Shown here piece by piece: positions 8,013 to 17,968 of a stretch of DNA of 42,887 bases. Below the pieces are notes generated by a model. The model ran no database searches. It was not told the DNA's origin and saw only the letters and a list, made by a program, of their open reading frames with translations. Within the stretch, counting starts at the first letter, position 1. Each line of letters opens with the position of its first letter. The DNA comes from an uncultured Nitrososphaerota archaeon (GTDB taxonomy: Archaea > Asgardarchaeota > Njordarchaeia > Njordarchaeales > Panguiarchaeaceae): contig CAZWPQ010000007.1 in NCBI GenBank assembly GCA_964636085.1, forward strand, positions 1-42,887, given 5' to 3'. A program made the position numbers and the translations under genes.

Positions 8013-11000
8013 ATGGCAAATAGATCTATTGGAGGAGTATTTTTATGTCTGTTGATATTAGTATCGTTCATCTATATTGGTAACGATAGCAATTTAATAC
8101 ATCGAACGGCTGAGAAGCAAAACGTAGAGAACAACATTCTCCCAAAGAGCACTAGTTTTGAATTTTATGACGTCAATGTCACGGACTCTTTGATAAATGG
8201 CACAGTTTTGCTTGAGGGGGAATCAAGAGTCCTTCTAGAAAACGTAAATATAACAGGTAATTCCGTTATAGTTGCTATAGATAATGCAAGTCTTCGGATA
8301 AGAAACTCTATGGTGGAGAGTCTAAACATATTGGTCTCTGATGGAGCGAAAGTTTACATAGATAATTTATCAACATACAGTGGGTATATATATGCTAGTG
8401 GTCATAGTGAGGTCTATATTAATGGCATTCATGATGCTTCATATTTAAATGTTATGGCATACGGTATGGCTACCATATATGTCACAGGTGAAGTAGCTAA
8501 CTATACTCAATTTAACATCAAGGAAAATGCCAGATTTTTCGGTCGTGATATAACAGCAAAAACGGATTGGGCTGTAAATTTTAGGGCCTTTGGTAATGCT
8601 CTGATAAACGTGTCTTATATCCTAGATACTGGGATCAATGGTCTTACGCTATATGAAAATAGTGTCGCATATGTGTCGGAGTCTAACATATCTAGCATCA
8701 ATATGCATGACAAGACTAGCTTTTATGTATACAATAGCTATTTAGAGCACATTTTTATCGAGAGTGGCGAGTGGTTCTACATTTATGGAAGCACTGTTGG
8801 AAATATAGATAATCAACTTATTGGTTCTAATGGTCGGATCGAAAATTCTGTTGTTTCGTACTTAAGCCTACTGACGAAATCGATTGTTGATCTTATTAAT
8901 AGTGATCTGAATTTTATACAGTTTATCGATGTGTTCAATGATTCCCTGGTTATAAATTCTAGTGGATGGTTCTATGAATCCCGCTATGTCAACTATAATA
9001 ACATAAGTAGCCATGTAAACACGACGAATAATGTAACAACCACTTATATTGTTGTAGTTAATTCACCATTGTTCAGCATTAACGTGGATATGAATATCGA
9101 TTCCATAGCAGCTATAAACGTATCCAATATCAACATATCTTTTGCCAGTTTCGAGCTAGCCTCAATGTATTTTGCAAATACACACATCAATTTCAATATG
9201 GTCAACGTAAGTAGTCCTGCTTTATTCGTATATCCCGAAATCAATATAATAAACTCTTCAGCACTTATCAATAGTAGTTATCTCGGAGATCTATCAAAAC
9301 TATATATCGAAGATTCCGATGTTTTGTTTACCGACTCCACTATAGAATGCACGACATCAATGGGGGGTACATTTGTCCATATATCAAGATCATATGTTGC
9401 TCTTATTTCAAGTATGATAGTAGGCAACGTCTACATAGAGGATATTCGATTGGAAAATGGAAACTTCAGCATGATGAATGGTCTAGTCTCGGTTTATAGT
9501 GGAAGCATAATATATGGGGTGGAAGGAATTGCCGAGTCGGGCATTTCTGGGCTTGTAGAGATAGACGCTATTAGTGTTTCGCATTCATTTATAGAGATTA
9601 GAGACATGATGTTCGATAGCTTTTCCCCCTTATCGGTCAGGACAGTCTATACTTCAATCTATGCCTATAATTCCAGTGTATTGTTAAATAACACGTATAG
9701 CGATTTATCAATACCTGTGTACTTAAACTTGATGGCAGTCAATAATTCTAGAATCGGAATATATAATAGTAACATCACCAATCTATCTATTCAATATGGA
9801 CTGGTCGAAGTCGCAAACGCTAATATATCAACAATAAACCTAGCGGATGCCAGACTTAACGTTTCCAGCTCACATATTGACACAATAGATGCCTCCAATA
9901 ACTCGTTTATATACATGACCGATAGTGTACTTACTGGAGAGCTGGCTGTTTGGGAAGAAGATTTTGGTCAATATATCTATGCAAATGTGACAATAAAGCA
10001 CTCAAACGTGTCGAATATTTATTTGATATGTTTTGGAAGCGCAAAAATAGTTAATAGTACTGTTGGTAATGTAATGGGGCTATTTGCCGAACTTAACATA
10101 ATAAACTCAACTGTAAATTCTGCGTCTAAGATATACCAGATAGTAACGAGTGGATATGTGGAAATCGTGAATAATGTCATTCCATCTGGATCCTATAGAG
10201 TCTTACTAAACAGTAGTAATAGTAATATAAATTCTCTAATGGAGGGAATAGTGTTCGCTGGTTCTGATCTTTACCTGAATCTAACCAATACATCATATTT
10301 CATGTTGGTTGTTTCTGGAGAAAACACCAATGTATCCATTACCGATAGTACAATAAATGCTGTATCCGTTATGGCTACAAATGTAATAATAAATAATTCC
10401 CTCATAGATGCATCAATGATGCATGGCCAACCAATAATTTTTATGGCGGACATGGTGGAGATATATAATGCCAGCATTTATTCTAGTGGCCCTATATATA
10501 TCTCCCCCTCTGGCCCTCCGACCGGAAATATTACTGGATATGTTGAGGTAGAGAATTCAAGACTTGGTGGAGGCTTTTTATATGTTGGAGACTCAGAACT
10601 GAATATGTCTGGGGCAGATCTTATGGGGCTTAGTAATATATCGCTAGAGTTTGCGCCTTTCAAGATCAGCAATACGAATGTATCGTGTCTATTTGTTAGA
10701 AACTCTAAAGGCCAACTCACCAATCTCAGAGCACATATGATATTGCTTGACGACAATTCTAATGTTTCCATTGCGAATTCAGATATTAACCTTACAATAA
10801 TGCGATTCTGGCAGATCTATGGCTCAGTCCTCTTTGGCGAGAGTGTAGTAGACTTTAATTTCACGAGAAATATGTATCTCAATACTTATGATTCCAAAAT
10901 AAACATTGTATACACCGAGTTCTATCACGTCGATAGCTTCTTAAGAGTGTATTTTGATAATGATACAATAACTGGTAGCTATACTACCAAATCAAGATAT

Positions 11001-11801
11001 GTAAACACAGGCTTGGGAGAATTCCAAATAACTCTATTCGAGGTAACTGGGAGGGGAAAGGCAACAATAATGAATTATAAGGACGCAAAGGCCATCTCTG
11101 GATTATGGGTAAACGTATATATTGACTCTGAGCCACCAAGCATAGTGCCGCTGAATGGAAGTTACCTAGAATACGAATACGGATTGGAATATAACCTATT
11201 ATACGAGCTCCATGATAGAACTCCAACATATTATTATGTTCTATTAAATGGCTCGGTGGTGGATAGCGGAACATATTATGATGGATATATACTCACAGTC
11301 AGTTTGCCAAATATAATTCATGGGGCTGGCATATATAACTTATCGATAAAAGCAATGGATTCCGAAGAAAGAGTAACATCTGTTACGACAATAATAAATG
11401 TGTTCCCATCAGAACCCCCCGAGATCTATGTTAGCCCCAACAATACATATAATTTGACTATTGGTGAGAATATGACTCTGATGTGGAAAGCCAGAGACAA
11501 AAACCCAGATATGTACTACATCTATCTGAATAGTACACAAGTAAAAAGTGGATCCTGGATCTCCGATGAAGAAATAATATATGTGTTCAATGCTTCCGAA
11601 AGCGGAGTATACAATATAACTATAGTATTTAGAGACATTATCAACAATCAAAGAGCGGACTCGGTTATTATATATGTAAAAGAGGCGACCACAACCACGA
11701 CTAAAAAGACACTCATCTCCCCAAAAACAGCCATAACAATAGTCGGAGTCGCGATAGTAGTGATAATAGTCGCTATTGTCATTTTCAGAAAGAAAAGATA
11801 G
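8013..11801 (+). CDS. Large cell-surface glycoprotein (probable beta-helix/solenoid plus Ig-like domains, C-terminal TM)
   Basis: Start moved from 7836 to ATG 8013, which has GAGGGGTGG upstream and is followed by a signal peptide. N/S/I-rich short beta repeats, many N-x-S/T sequons, two C-terminal Ig-like repeats, a Thr linker, then TM and RKKR. Confidence 0.8.
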   Translation: MANRSIGGVFLCLLILVSFIYIGNDSNLIHRTAEKQNVENNILPKSTSFEFYDVNVTDSLINGTVLLEGESRVLLENVNITGNSVIVAIDNASLRIRNSMVESLNILVSDGAKVYIDNLSTYSGYIYASGHSEVYINGIHDASYLNVMAYGMATIYVTGEVANYTQFNIKENARFFGRDITAKTDWAVNFRAFGNALINVSYILDTGINGLTLYENSVAYVSESNISSINMHDKTSFYVYNSYLEHIFIESGEWFYIYGSTVGNIDNQLIGSNGRIENSVVSYLSLLTKSIVDLINSDLNFIQFIDVFNDSLVINSSGWFYESRYVNYNNISSHVNTTNNVTTTYIVVVNSPLFSINVDMNIDSIAAINVSNINISFASFELASMYFANTHINFNMVNVSSPALFVYPEINIINSSALINSSYLGDLSKLYIEDSDVLFTDSTIECTTSMGGTFVHISRSYVALISSMIVGNVYIEDIRLENGNFSMMNGLVSVYSGSIIYGVEGIAESGISGLVEIDAISVSHSFIEIRDMMFDSFSPLSVRTVYTSIYAYNSSVLLNNTYSDLSIPVYLNLMAVNNSRIGIYNSNITNLSIQYGLVEVANANISTINLADARLNVSSSHIDTIDASNNSFIYMTDSVLTGELAVWEEDFGQYIYANVTIKHSNVSNIYLICFGSAKIVNSTVGNVMGLFAELNIINSTVNSASKIYQIVTSGYVEIVNNVIPSGSYRVLLNSSNSNINSLMEGIVFAGSDLYLNLTNTSYFMLVVSGENTNVSITDSTINAVSVMATNVIINNSLIDASMMHGQPIIFMADMVEIYNASIYSSGPIYISPSGPPTGNITGYVEVENSRLGGGFLYVGDSELNMSGADLMGLSNISLEFAPFKISNTNVSCLFVRNSKGQLTNLRAHMILLDDNSNVSIANSDINLTIMRFWQIYGSVLFGESVVDFNFTRNMYLNTYDSKINIVYTEFYHVDSFLRVYFDNDTITGSYTTKSRYVNTGLGEFQITLFEVTGRGKATIMNYKDAKAISGLWVNVYIDSEPPSIVPLNGSYLEYEYGLEYNLLYELHDRTPTYYYVLLNGSVVDSGTYYDGYILTVSLPNIIHGAGIYNLSIKAMDSEERVTSVTTIINVFPSEPPEIYVSPNNTYNLTIGENMTLMWKARDKNPDMYYIYLNSTQVKSGSWISDEEIIYVFNASESGVYNITIVFRDIINNQRADSVIIYVKEATTTTTKKTLISPKTAITIVGVAIVVIIVAIVIFRKKR

Positions 11802-11804
11802 CAT

Positions 11805-11828
11805 TCCTATTTTTTATTCCTTTTCTCA
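11805..11828 (+). terminator. Probable archaeal T-rich terminator
   Basis: Pyrimidine/T-tracts immediately after the stop codon at 11801. Confidence 0.4.
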
Positions 11829-11975
11829 TCCTCCATTTTAAGCAATACAAAAAACTCTGTTAGCAATATTCTTCACTTGTATCATTCTCATATAAAATAT
11901 TGAGGGATCAAATTACAGATAGTGAAATTATCTATCTAAATTCTAATAACATTACACACTATAAGACAAAGCTAA

Positions 11976-12818
11976 TCAAACCTTTCTCCCAACCCATAGA
12001 AAATGCTCTGTATTTCCAATTATAGTTGGATAATTAGAGGTTCTAATAGCGAGCTCAATAATCTTTCTCCATTTTCTTCGATCTCTAGCAACATCATTCA
12101 CATATTCCCTTAGATGTGTGAATACACCTTCACAAGCCGCCATTTCCAATGTCACGAATCCATGTCTCTCCATGAAGGATTTGAGCTCAAGCGGCCTCCA
12201 AAATTTTGCATCAGGAAAAACACTGATGTCATAATCATGCCATTTAGATAGGTGTATTCCTCTCTCAAAGAGGTCTCTATGGCTATCCAGTATTAACTCC
12301 TCTGGAAAATATTTTACTATCGTACCCAGAACACCAAAATAGCTTATCGCTGAGACAAACAAGATACCACTCGACTTTAAAACTCTCCTCAGCTCTTTAA
12401 CAGTTTTCACCTGATCATTCTCATTGGGGAGATGGTATAGGGGTCCAAAACAGAGTATGGCATCAAATTTCTCGTTTGTAAACATGCCCAGATCTGTCGA
12501 GGATGTTTTCAATACTGCTATGAGTCTATTAAGCCGTTTAGTTCGCCGAAACTTCTCTACAGCAAGATCAAGAAGACGCTGGCTAATATCGACAAGTGCG
12601 ATGTTGTATCCCATCCCCGCTAGAACAATAGAATAGTTCCCAGATCCGCAGCCACAATCTAGAATGTTCCCAGATTTGGGGAGATATTTTTTGAGATAAT
12701 GGAACGTCACGATAAACTCTAGCATATGGTATGGGTCTTTAAAAAGCCTTTTATCCTCATAATCCGCATGAAAGTCATAGTACTTCTCCACGATATCAAC
12801 ATTGCTCATCGTAGCCAC
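11976..12818 (-). CDS. Class I SAM-dependent methyltransferase
   Basis: Motif I ILDCGCGSG, LVDIS, FDAILCFGPLYHL, RVLKSSG. The start may be ATG 12809. Confidence 0.92.
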   Translation of the reverse strand: MATMSNVDIVEKYYDFHADYEDKRLFKDPYHMLEFIVTFHYLKKYLPKSGNILDCGCGSGNYSIVLAGMGYNIALVDISQRLLDLAVEKFRRTKRLNRLIAVLKTSSTDLGMFTNEKFDAILCFGPLYHLPNENDQVKTVKELRRVLKSSGILFVSAISYFGVLGTIVKYFPEELILDSHRDLFERGIHLSKWHDYDISVFPDAKFWRPLELKSFMERHGFVTLEMAACEGVFTHLREYVNDVARDRRKWRKIIELAIRTSNYPTIIGNTEHFLWVGRKV

Positions 12819-13050
12819 CGGAAGACAGGCGAAACATCATATTTCTATAACTATAACCTCTATATGACTCATAAGAAACTAAGAATATCAAAACTCTAGC
12901 AACAAACTCAATTAAGGACCCATCAGGAATTTTTCTCTTATCCTTTCTTTGGGGCCTCATTATCCCATAACATCCAACGCTTTTTCTCTCAACGATCTAT
13001 CTGGCATGTATTTATAGTGCTGATTATACCAATGTTCTGTCTTTTTGGCC

Positions 13051-13857
13051 CTAAAATAAACCTACAGATCCGAAGAATATCAATGTTGTAGTAGCTATAA
13101 GGGAAGCATAGTGGAGTATTATTACCACCGCTAGTGAGCTTCTGAGGGGAAGTCTCGCCACAACGCTAACGGCGGATATCATGAATAGCAAACCAAAAAA
13201 CTGTATAAGTACATATGATATGCCCACGACTATAAAGTCCCTACCCGCAATCGCTATTGGGTAGATGTTGACTAGGAGTAACGGAATAGTGGTTCTGGTG
13301 AGCAGATCTAAGAGATGAACCCTACGCTTATATAGGCACTTGATGATAAACTTAAGCATAATGCAACTAATGATCCAGTTAAAAATGGAAAAAACAATAC
13401 CAGCATACCAATTATGCCGAACTGGCCCAATAAGTATAAATATAGGTAATAACTCGCTAGAGCATATCCACACCAAATTCGATGCAAGATATATGACTAC
13501 TAGCGTTATCGCTACCCATCCCTCTATTTTCTCGAAAAGCATTCGAGGAGTAAGTATCTTATGGATAAATTTATCCTCAGGAACAAAAAAATCGGAGATC
13601 AATATATCATATATCCTCTGGCCCTTTTCAGAAAGCCGGTACATACGGGATTCGTCTTGATATACAAGGTCTCCCAGAAGCCTCAAGTGATGATAAAGCG
13701 CCCCTGGTTTAGGAACTATCTTTATTAGGTCACTATAGCTTACAGCACCCTTCTCAGCAATAAATTTTATTATCTTTCTTCTCAGGGGATGGCTAAGAAC
13801 CTTAAATACATCTATTTCCTCTTCATATTCATTCATCGTCATCAAAAAACAAAACAA
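13051..13857 (-). CDS. ArsR-like winged-helix protein fused to a multi-pass membrane domain
   Basis: N-terminal FKVLSHPLRRKII...SYSDL...GALYHHLRLL...YRLSEKG wHTH, followed by about 5 hydrophobic helices. Confidence 0.85.
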   Translation of the reverse strand: MFCFLMTMNEYEEEIDVFKVLSHPLRRKIIKFIAEKGAVSYSDLIKIVPKPGALYHHLRLLGDLVYQDESRMYRLSEKGQRIYDILISDFFVPEDKFIHKILTPRMLFEKIEGWVAITLVVIYLASNLVWICSSELLPIFILIGPVRHNWYAGIVFSIFNWIISCIMLKFIIKCLYKRRVHLLDLLTRTTIPLLLVNIYPIAIAGRDFIVVGISYVLIQFFGLLFMISAVSVVARLPLRSSLAVVIILHYASLIATTTLIFFGSVGLF

Positions 13858-13880
13858 AAAAAAGTAATAAAGGAATATCT

Positions 13881-16490
13881 CTAGCTTTTTCTCTTGGATA
13901 CCACTATGTATGCAACTACAATTATGCTTATGACTATGGTCAACAATATTATGAATCCCCAGTGTACTTTTTTACCGCTTGGAGGCGCAACAGACAAAAC
14001 CACGGCATTTGTGAACGTGGATAACGGGGTAGTATCCCCACCCTCCTGAAACACAACCATAGACCTTTCCATAAGTATTCTTAGTTTGGAGCCCTCCATA
14101 CCATGCTCGGTCTCTTCACCCTCATGTTCGCCATACATCCTCGCTCCTGTCTCATCTGCTTGATCTCTCTCCTTCTCAATCTCGTCTGGTGTATATTCTC
14201 CAAACACATACTTTATTAATGTTGGACGCACAACAAACTCGCCAGTATAATTGACATCGGTCTTGACGACAATCTCTATGTTTACTGTGGTGTTTACACC
14301 TATGCTTATGTTGGGCGACATTATAATGAGGACACCCAATTCTTCATTTATTACTACATAGTATTCGCCACTATCCAGTTCCTCCCCATTGATCCTAAAG
14401 TGCAAAACTCCTCTGTATCCAGAGTCAATATCTACGTAATCCGTCAGCAGGAATTCGCATGTTCTAATTGTTGTATTGGTGTCTCCTATATTGGTTATGT
14501 TTACCTTGATTGTTAGTTCGCCAGTACTATTATCATACGTAGCTACCTTTGACACGTCTAGCTCAACGTGTGGATAGGGGAACACATGCTTCTTTATCCA
14601 CTTCGATATTACCCAGGGCTTCGGCGGAACATAGACCATGTAGCTATTTGTTACAAATCCCAAATGTACTGTTTCAGGCCCAATTCTAACATCAAATTCT
14701 ACCGTACCATATATTAGCCAGACGCCAGACCTAAGTCTTGCCTCAAAGCTTAGCGAGAAGTTGTAATGGGATCCTCCCTCTATTATGTCTTTGGCATCAG
14801 CATCTTTGAGTATTGTATCTGAAACACTAAACATGCCTTCTGGCTTGCTAACATAGAGCTTAACTAGAACATTCTTTATGTTTCCGGTACCAAACGCATA
14901 TACTGGTAGCCTAAAGTTGAACCTGTATGTCATATTTCTGCCTTCTACCTCCTCAGGCCTACCCTCTGGAACCAAGAAGCCTATCGCTGAGACAACTCTT
15001 GGAGCAACAGTGAAACCATTAGTGAAGCCAAAATAGCGCTTGCCGTCTAAGTCCTCATATCCAAATAGGGGACCTACTGGTGGTGAAATTACGGCTATGC
15101 CTCTGCCAGATAGTATGTCTGGGATCAGAATTAAACCAAAGTTTACTTCAACAGTATCATTTACTCCCAAGTTTCCGACACTCATTACATATGCCTCGCC
15201 ATAGAAATCTCCAAGTCTCACGTATCTCCTATTCCAGCCCTCGCCATATGTGAAATTGTCATAGTTTACAGGGAACCCCATCCCGGTCAAGTTAGAGATC
15301 ATGGCGTCTAGTGCTGATTTCAACGCACCAATAACGGGTATTATCAATGTTACGTTTACAGCATCTCCTTTACCAATATTCGTTAGAGATATAGAGTATG
15401 TAATATTGACTGTGGCAAAGCCCCACATTGGAAGTCCTTCATCAACACTACTTATGTAGAACCCTCCTGTAACTAGGGGCATTGTTTCTAGTTCTTCAGT
15501 GAAGTTAAAGGGCTTCATGTAGACAACTATGTCGTCTAGGGGATCCTTCTCTCTATCGCCAGCCTTAATTACATAGATTAGTTTTCCAGAGTACTCATAC
15601 ATCGCATTGTCTGGAAGCGGATTTGTTCTTGATTCATCAATCTCTATAGGTAGGAATGAGCTTATCTTTATTATACTGATATTAGAGATTTCATCGGCCT
15701 CTATCTTCTGTCCAGCCGATAGTTGTAGCGCATGACGTATGGATATGTTATACCATCCGTCCCCTACTTCATTTATCGAGTTTCTGAGGACAGTTGCAAG
15801 GACTAGGACTGGTACATACTCCTCATAATTACCATCACTATCAACATCTCTTAGATCCTGGATTATTGTTAATGCTGCCCTCGTGTATCTCTCGTTGGCT
15901 AGGTTATCGTCTATCACAGGGGAATTTGCAAATATTGAGAGCCCGCTATTTCTAAATTTGCTTATTATGATATTCCTCATAAAATCTGCAGTCTCATCCA
16001 AACCAAGCTCTGCCGTGAAGAGAACAATTGTCATGTTTCTTTCTTCCCATGACCATAGGGGATAGAATGTTACATTAAGATTATCTCCTATTTTCTCAGA
16101 CAAAGATTTTGCCTTATCAACAGCATTAGTAATCGAGCTATCATAGGCCATTATTAATGTTACCATCGGAGGTATTTCTGGATATATGTCATGGTGGTAA
16201 TAGAGCCACCATCTATGTCCTACTCCTGCTGCAATGCGAAGAGCTATAAGGCCATCCATTTCTGGCCAGTCAAAGTCAACTGGTACAGATACATTGCCTC
16301 CAATGCACGCTAGTACCATTGCTGTAGCATTTCCCTTACCCAAGTAAAAGTTTGCGAACTCACCGTAGACCCCCACGTCCGTTGTACTTGAAACTTGCGT
16401 TGTTTTTATTTCACTCTGCTGGCCAGCGGCCAGCAGGGAAACAGGGCCTGCAACCAGCCATACGAGTAGGATTATGGCTATCTTCTTCAT
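13881..16490 (-). CDS. Cell-surface protein with signal peptide, Ig-like (DUF11/CARDB-like) domains and a C-terminal TM
   Basis: MKK-hydrophobic signal; ISLTNIGKGDAVNV and VNITNIGDT motifs; DVDSDGN Ca-binding-like loop; TM followed by KRKS. Confidence 0.8.
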   Translation of the reverse strand: MKKIAIILLVWLVAGPVSLLAAGQQSEIKTTQVSSTTDVGVYGEFANFYLGKGNATAMVLACIGGNVSVPVDFDWPEMDGLIALRIAAGVGHRWWLYYHHDIYPEIPPMVTLIMAYDSSITNAVDKAKSLSEKIGDNLNVTFYPLWSWEERNMTIVLFTAELGLDETADFMRNIIISKFRNSGLSIFANSPVIDDNLANERYTRAALTIIQDLRDVDSDGNYEEYVPVLVLATVLRNSINEVGDGWYNISIRHALQLSAGQKIEADEISNISIIKISSFLPIEIDESRTNPLPDNAMYEYSGKLIYVIKAGDREKDPLDDIVVYMKPFNFTEELETMPLVTGGFYISSVDEGLPMWGFATVNITYSISLTNIGKGDAVNVTLIIPVIGALKSALDAMISNLTGMGFPVNYDNFTYGEGWNRRYVRLGDFYGEAYVMSVGNLGVNDTVEVNFGLILIPDILSGRGIAVISPPVGPLFGYEDLDGKRYFGFTNGFTVAPRVVSAIGFLVPEGRPEEVEGRNMTYRFNFRLPVYAFGTGNIKNVLVKLYVSKPEGMFSVSDTILKDADAKDIIEGGSHYNFSLSFEARLRSGVWLIYGTVEFDVRIGPETVHLGFVTNSYMVYVPPKPWVISKWIKKHVFPYPHVELDVSKVATYDNSTGELTIKVNITNIGDTNTTIRTCEFLLTDYVDIDSGYRGVLHFRINGEELDSGEYYVVINEELGVLIIMSPNISIGVNTTVNIEIVVKTDVNYTGEFVVRPTLIKYVFGEYTPDEIEKERDQADETGARMYGEHEGEETEHGMEGSKLRILMERSMVVFQEGGDTTPLSTFTNAVVLSVAPPSGKKVHWGFIILLTIVISIIVVAYIVVSKRKS

Positions 16491-16696
16491 ACCACATACA
16501 CCTGGTTGATTTCTAATATTCCTATAGTTCTAACCGTGCATAAAAATATTGGGGACTCATGCAAATTATAGTTTGGGGCTACATAATTATTTAGCTATAC
16601 TCAAGGAGATTGTAGCATGGAAACATCACATGGCTCCTTCGGTATTGGTTGTTATATGTTGGACTATTTCGCTTTTTGATCGGACATTCAGGCCAT

Positions 16697-17959
16697 TTAA
16701 TCAGTATTGTCTTGGATGTAATACTTGATTAGTTGGACCTCAACCACTTGATCCTTGTCGTATCCCTCGATTTCTTCGGGGATTTCAACTATTCCATCGC
16801 TCATAACTAATGATGATAGAATGCCTGCTCCACTAATCATTATTGGTTCTGCGTAATACTCATTGTTCTTCCTGTATATTTTCACCCTCACGAATGACCG
16901 TACCCCTGGTTTCGACCATATTTTCCTTGTCAATCTTGCCCTAATTGTCGGGATAAAAAACTTCCCAGAAATGTTTAATGTTTCCTCTATTGCTGCCTTG
17001 ATTATTGTTATACCTACGACATATGTGGCTACAGGGAGCCCAGGGGCGCCTACTAGAAATAGTCCATCTATTTTGCCTGCACATACAGGTTTTCCTGGCT
17101 GGATAGAAACGCCATGGAAAAGGAGTTCCCCCCTCGTCTTTAGTAATAATGGTATTAGATCGTGCTTTCCGATGCTAGTCCCCCCAACTGTAATAATTAT
17201 ATCAGATAGATCTTTTTGTTCTAATATCTTTGCATGGATCTCGTCCATATCATCGGGAACTATCCCCAAGTCGATAACATCGCATCCATATTTCCTAGCT
17301 AGGCCGATCACTATCTCTCTGCTATACTCGATGATTTTTCCCTCGCCAGATTCATCTGGGTTATCTACGAGTTCACTACCACATGCCAATACCGAGATTT
17401 TTGGTCTTCTGTAAACCCTCACCTCCCTTATTCCCATGGCCTTAAGAATGGCAATATCACATGGATCTAGTATTTTTCCCCTTTTTAGAACAATTTGGCC
17501 TTTTTTTACATCTTCCCCCCGCTTGGATATATTTGCCCCCTTAACTACGCCCCTATAGACATATACACTGGAGCCCTCCAATCTTGTGTATTCTACGGGA
17601 ACAACAGCATCCGCACCCGAAGGGATCATTGAGCCCGTATGAACATATACGGCCTCGCCTACCCCTAAAGACCCACTAAACGGTTTTCCTATATCGGATT
17701 CTCCTATTAATTTTAGAATCCTTGGATTTTCATTATTTGCCCCCCATATATCTTCGGCTCTGACCGCATAGCCATCCATTGCTGCCCTATCAAAGGGTGG
17801 GATATCATGGGTTGCCCTTATGTTGTATACCAATACCCTATCTATGGCCTTCCTTATATTTAGACATTCTATATCCGTTATTTTCGGTGCGTTGGACCTA
17901 ATTATAGATATAGCCTCGCCCAAGGATATTAGTTTCTTCCAATTCAACATAAAAACCAT
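16697..17959 (-). CDS. moeA: Molybdopterin molybdotransferase MoeA (Mo/W cofactor)
   Basis: PPFDRAAMDGYAV, TGSMIPSGADAVV, GGTSIG..D, QPGKP, PGLP motifs. Confidence 0.96.
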   Translation of the reverse strand: MVFMLNWKKLISLGEAISIIRSNAPKITDIECLNIRKAIDRVLVYNIRATHDIPPFDRAAMDGYAVRAEDIWGANNENPRILKLIGESDIGKPFSGSLGVGEAVYVHTGSMIPSGADAVVPVEYTRLEGSSVYVYRGVVKGANISKRGEDVKKGQIVLKRGKILDPCDIAILKAMGIREVRVYRRPKISVLACGSELVDNPDESGEGKIIEYSREIVIGLARKYGCDVIDLGIVPDDMDEIHAKILEQKDLSDIIITVGGTSIGKHDLIPLLLKTRGELLFHGVSIQPGKPVCAGKIDGLFLVGAPGLPVATYVVGITIIKAAIEETLNISGKFFIPTIRARLTRKIWSKPGVRSFVRVKIYRKNNEYYAEPIMISGAGILSSLVMSDGIVEIPEEIEGYDKDQVVEVQLIKYYIQDNTD

Positions 17960-17968
17960 GAAAAATTA

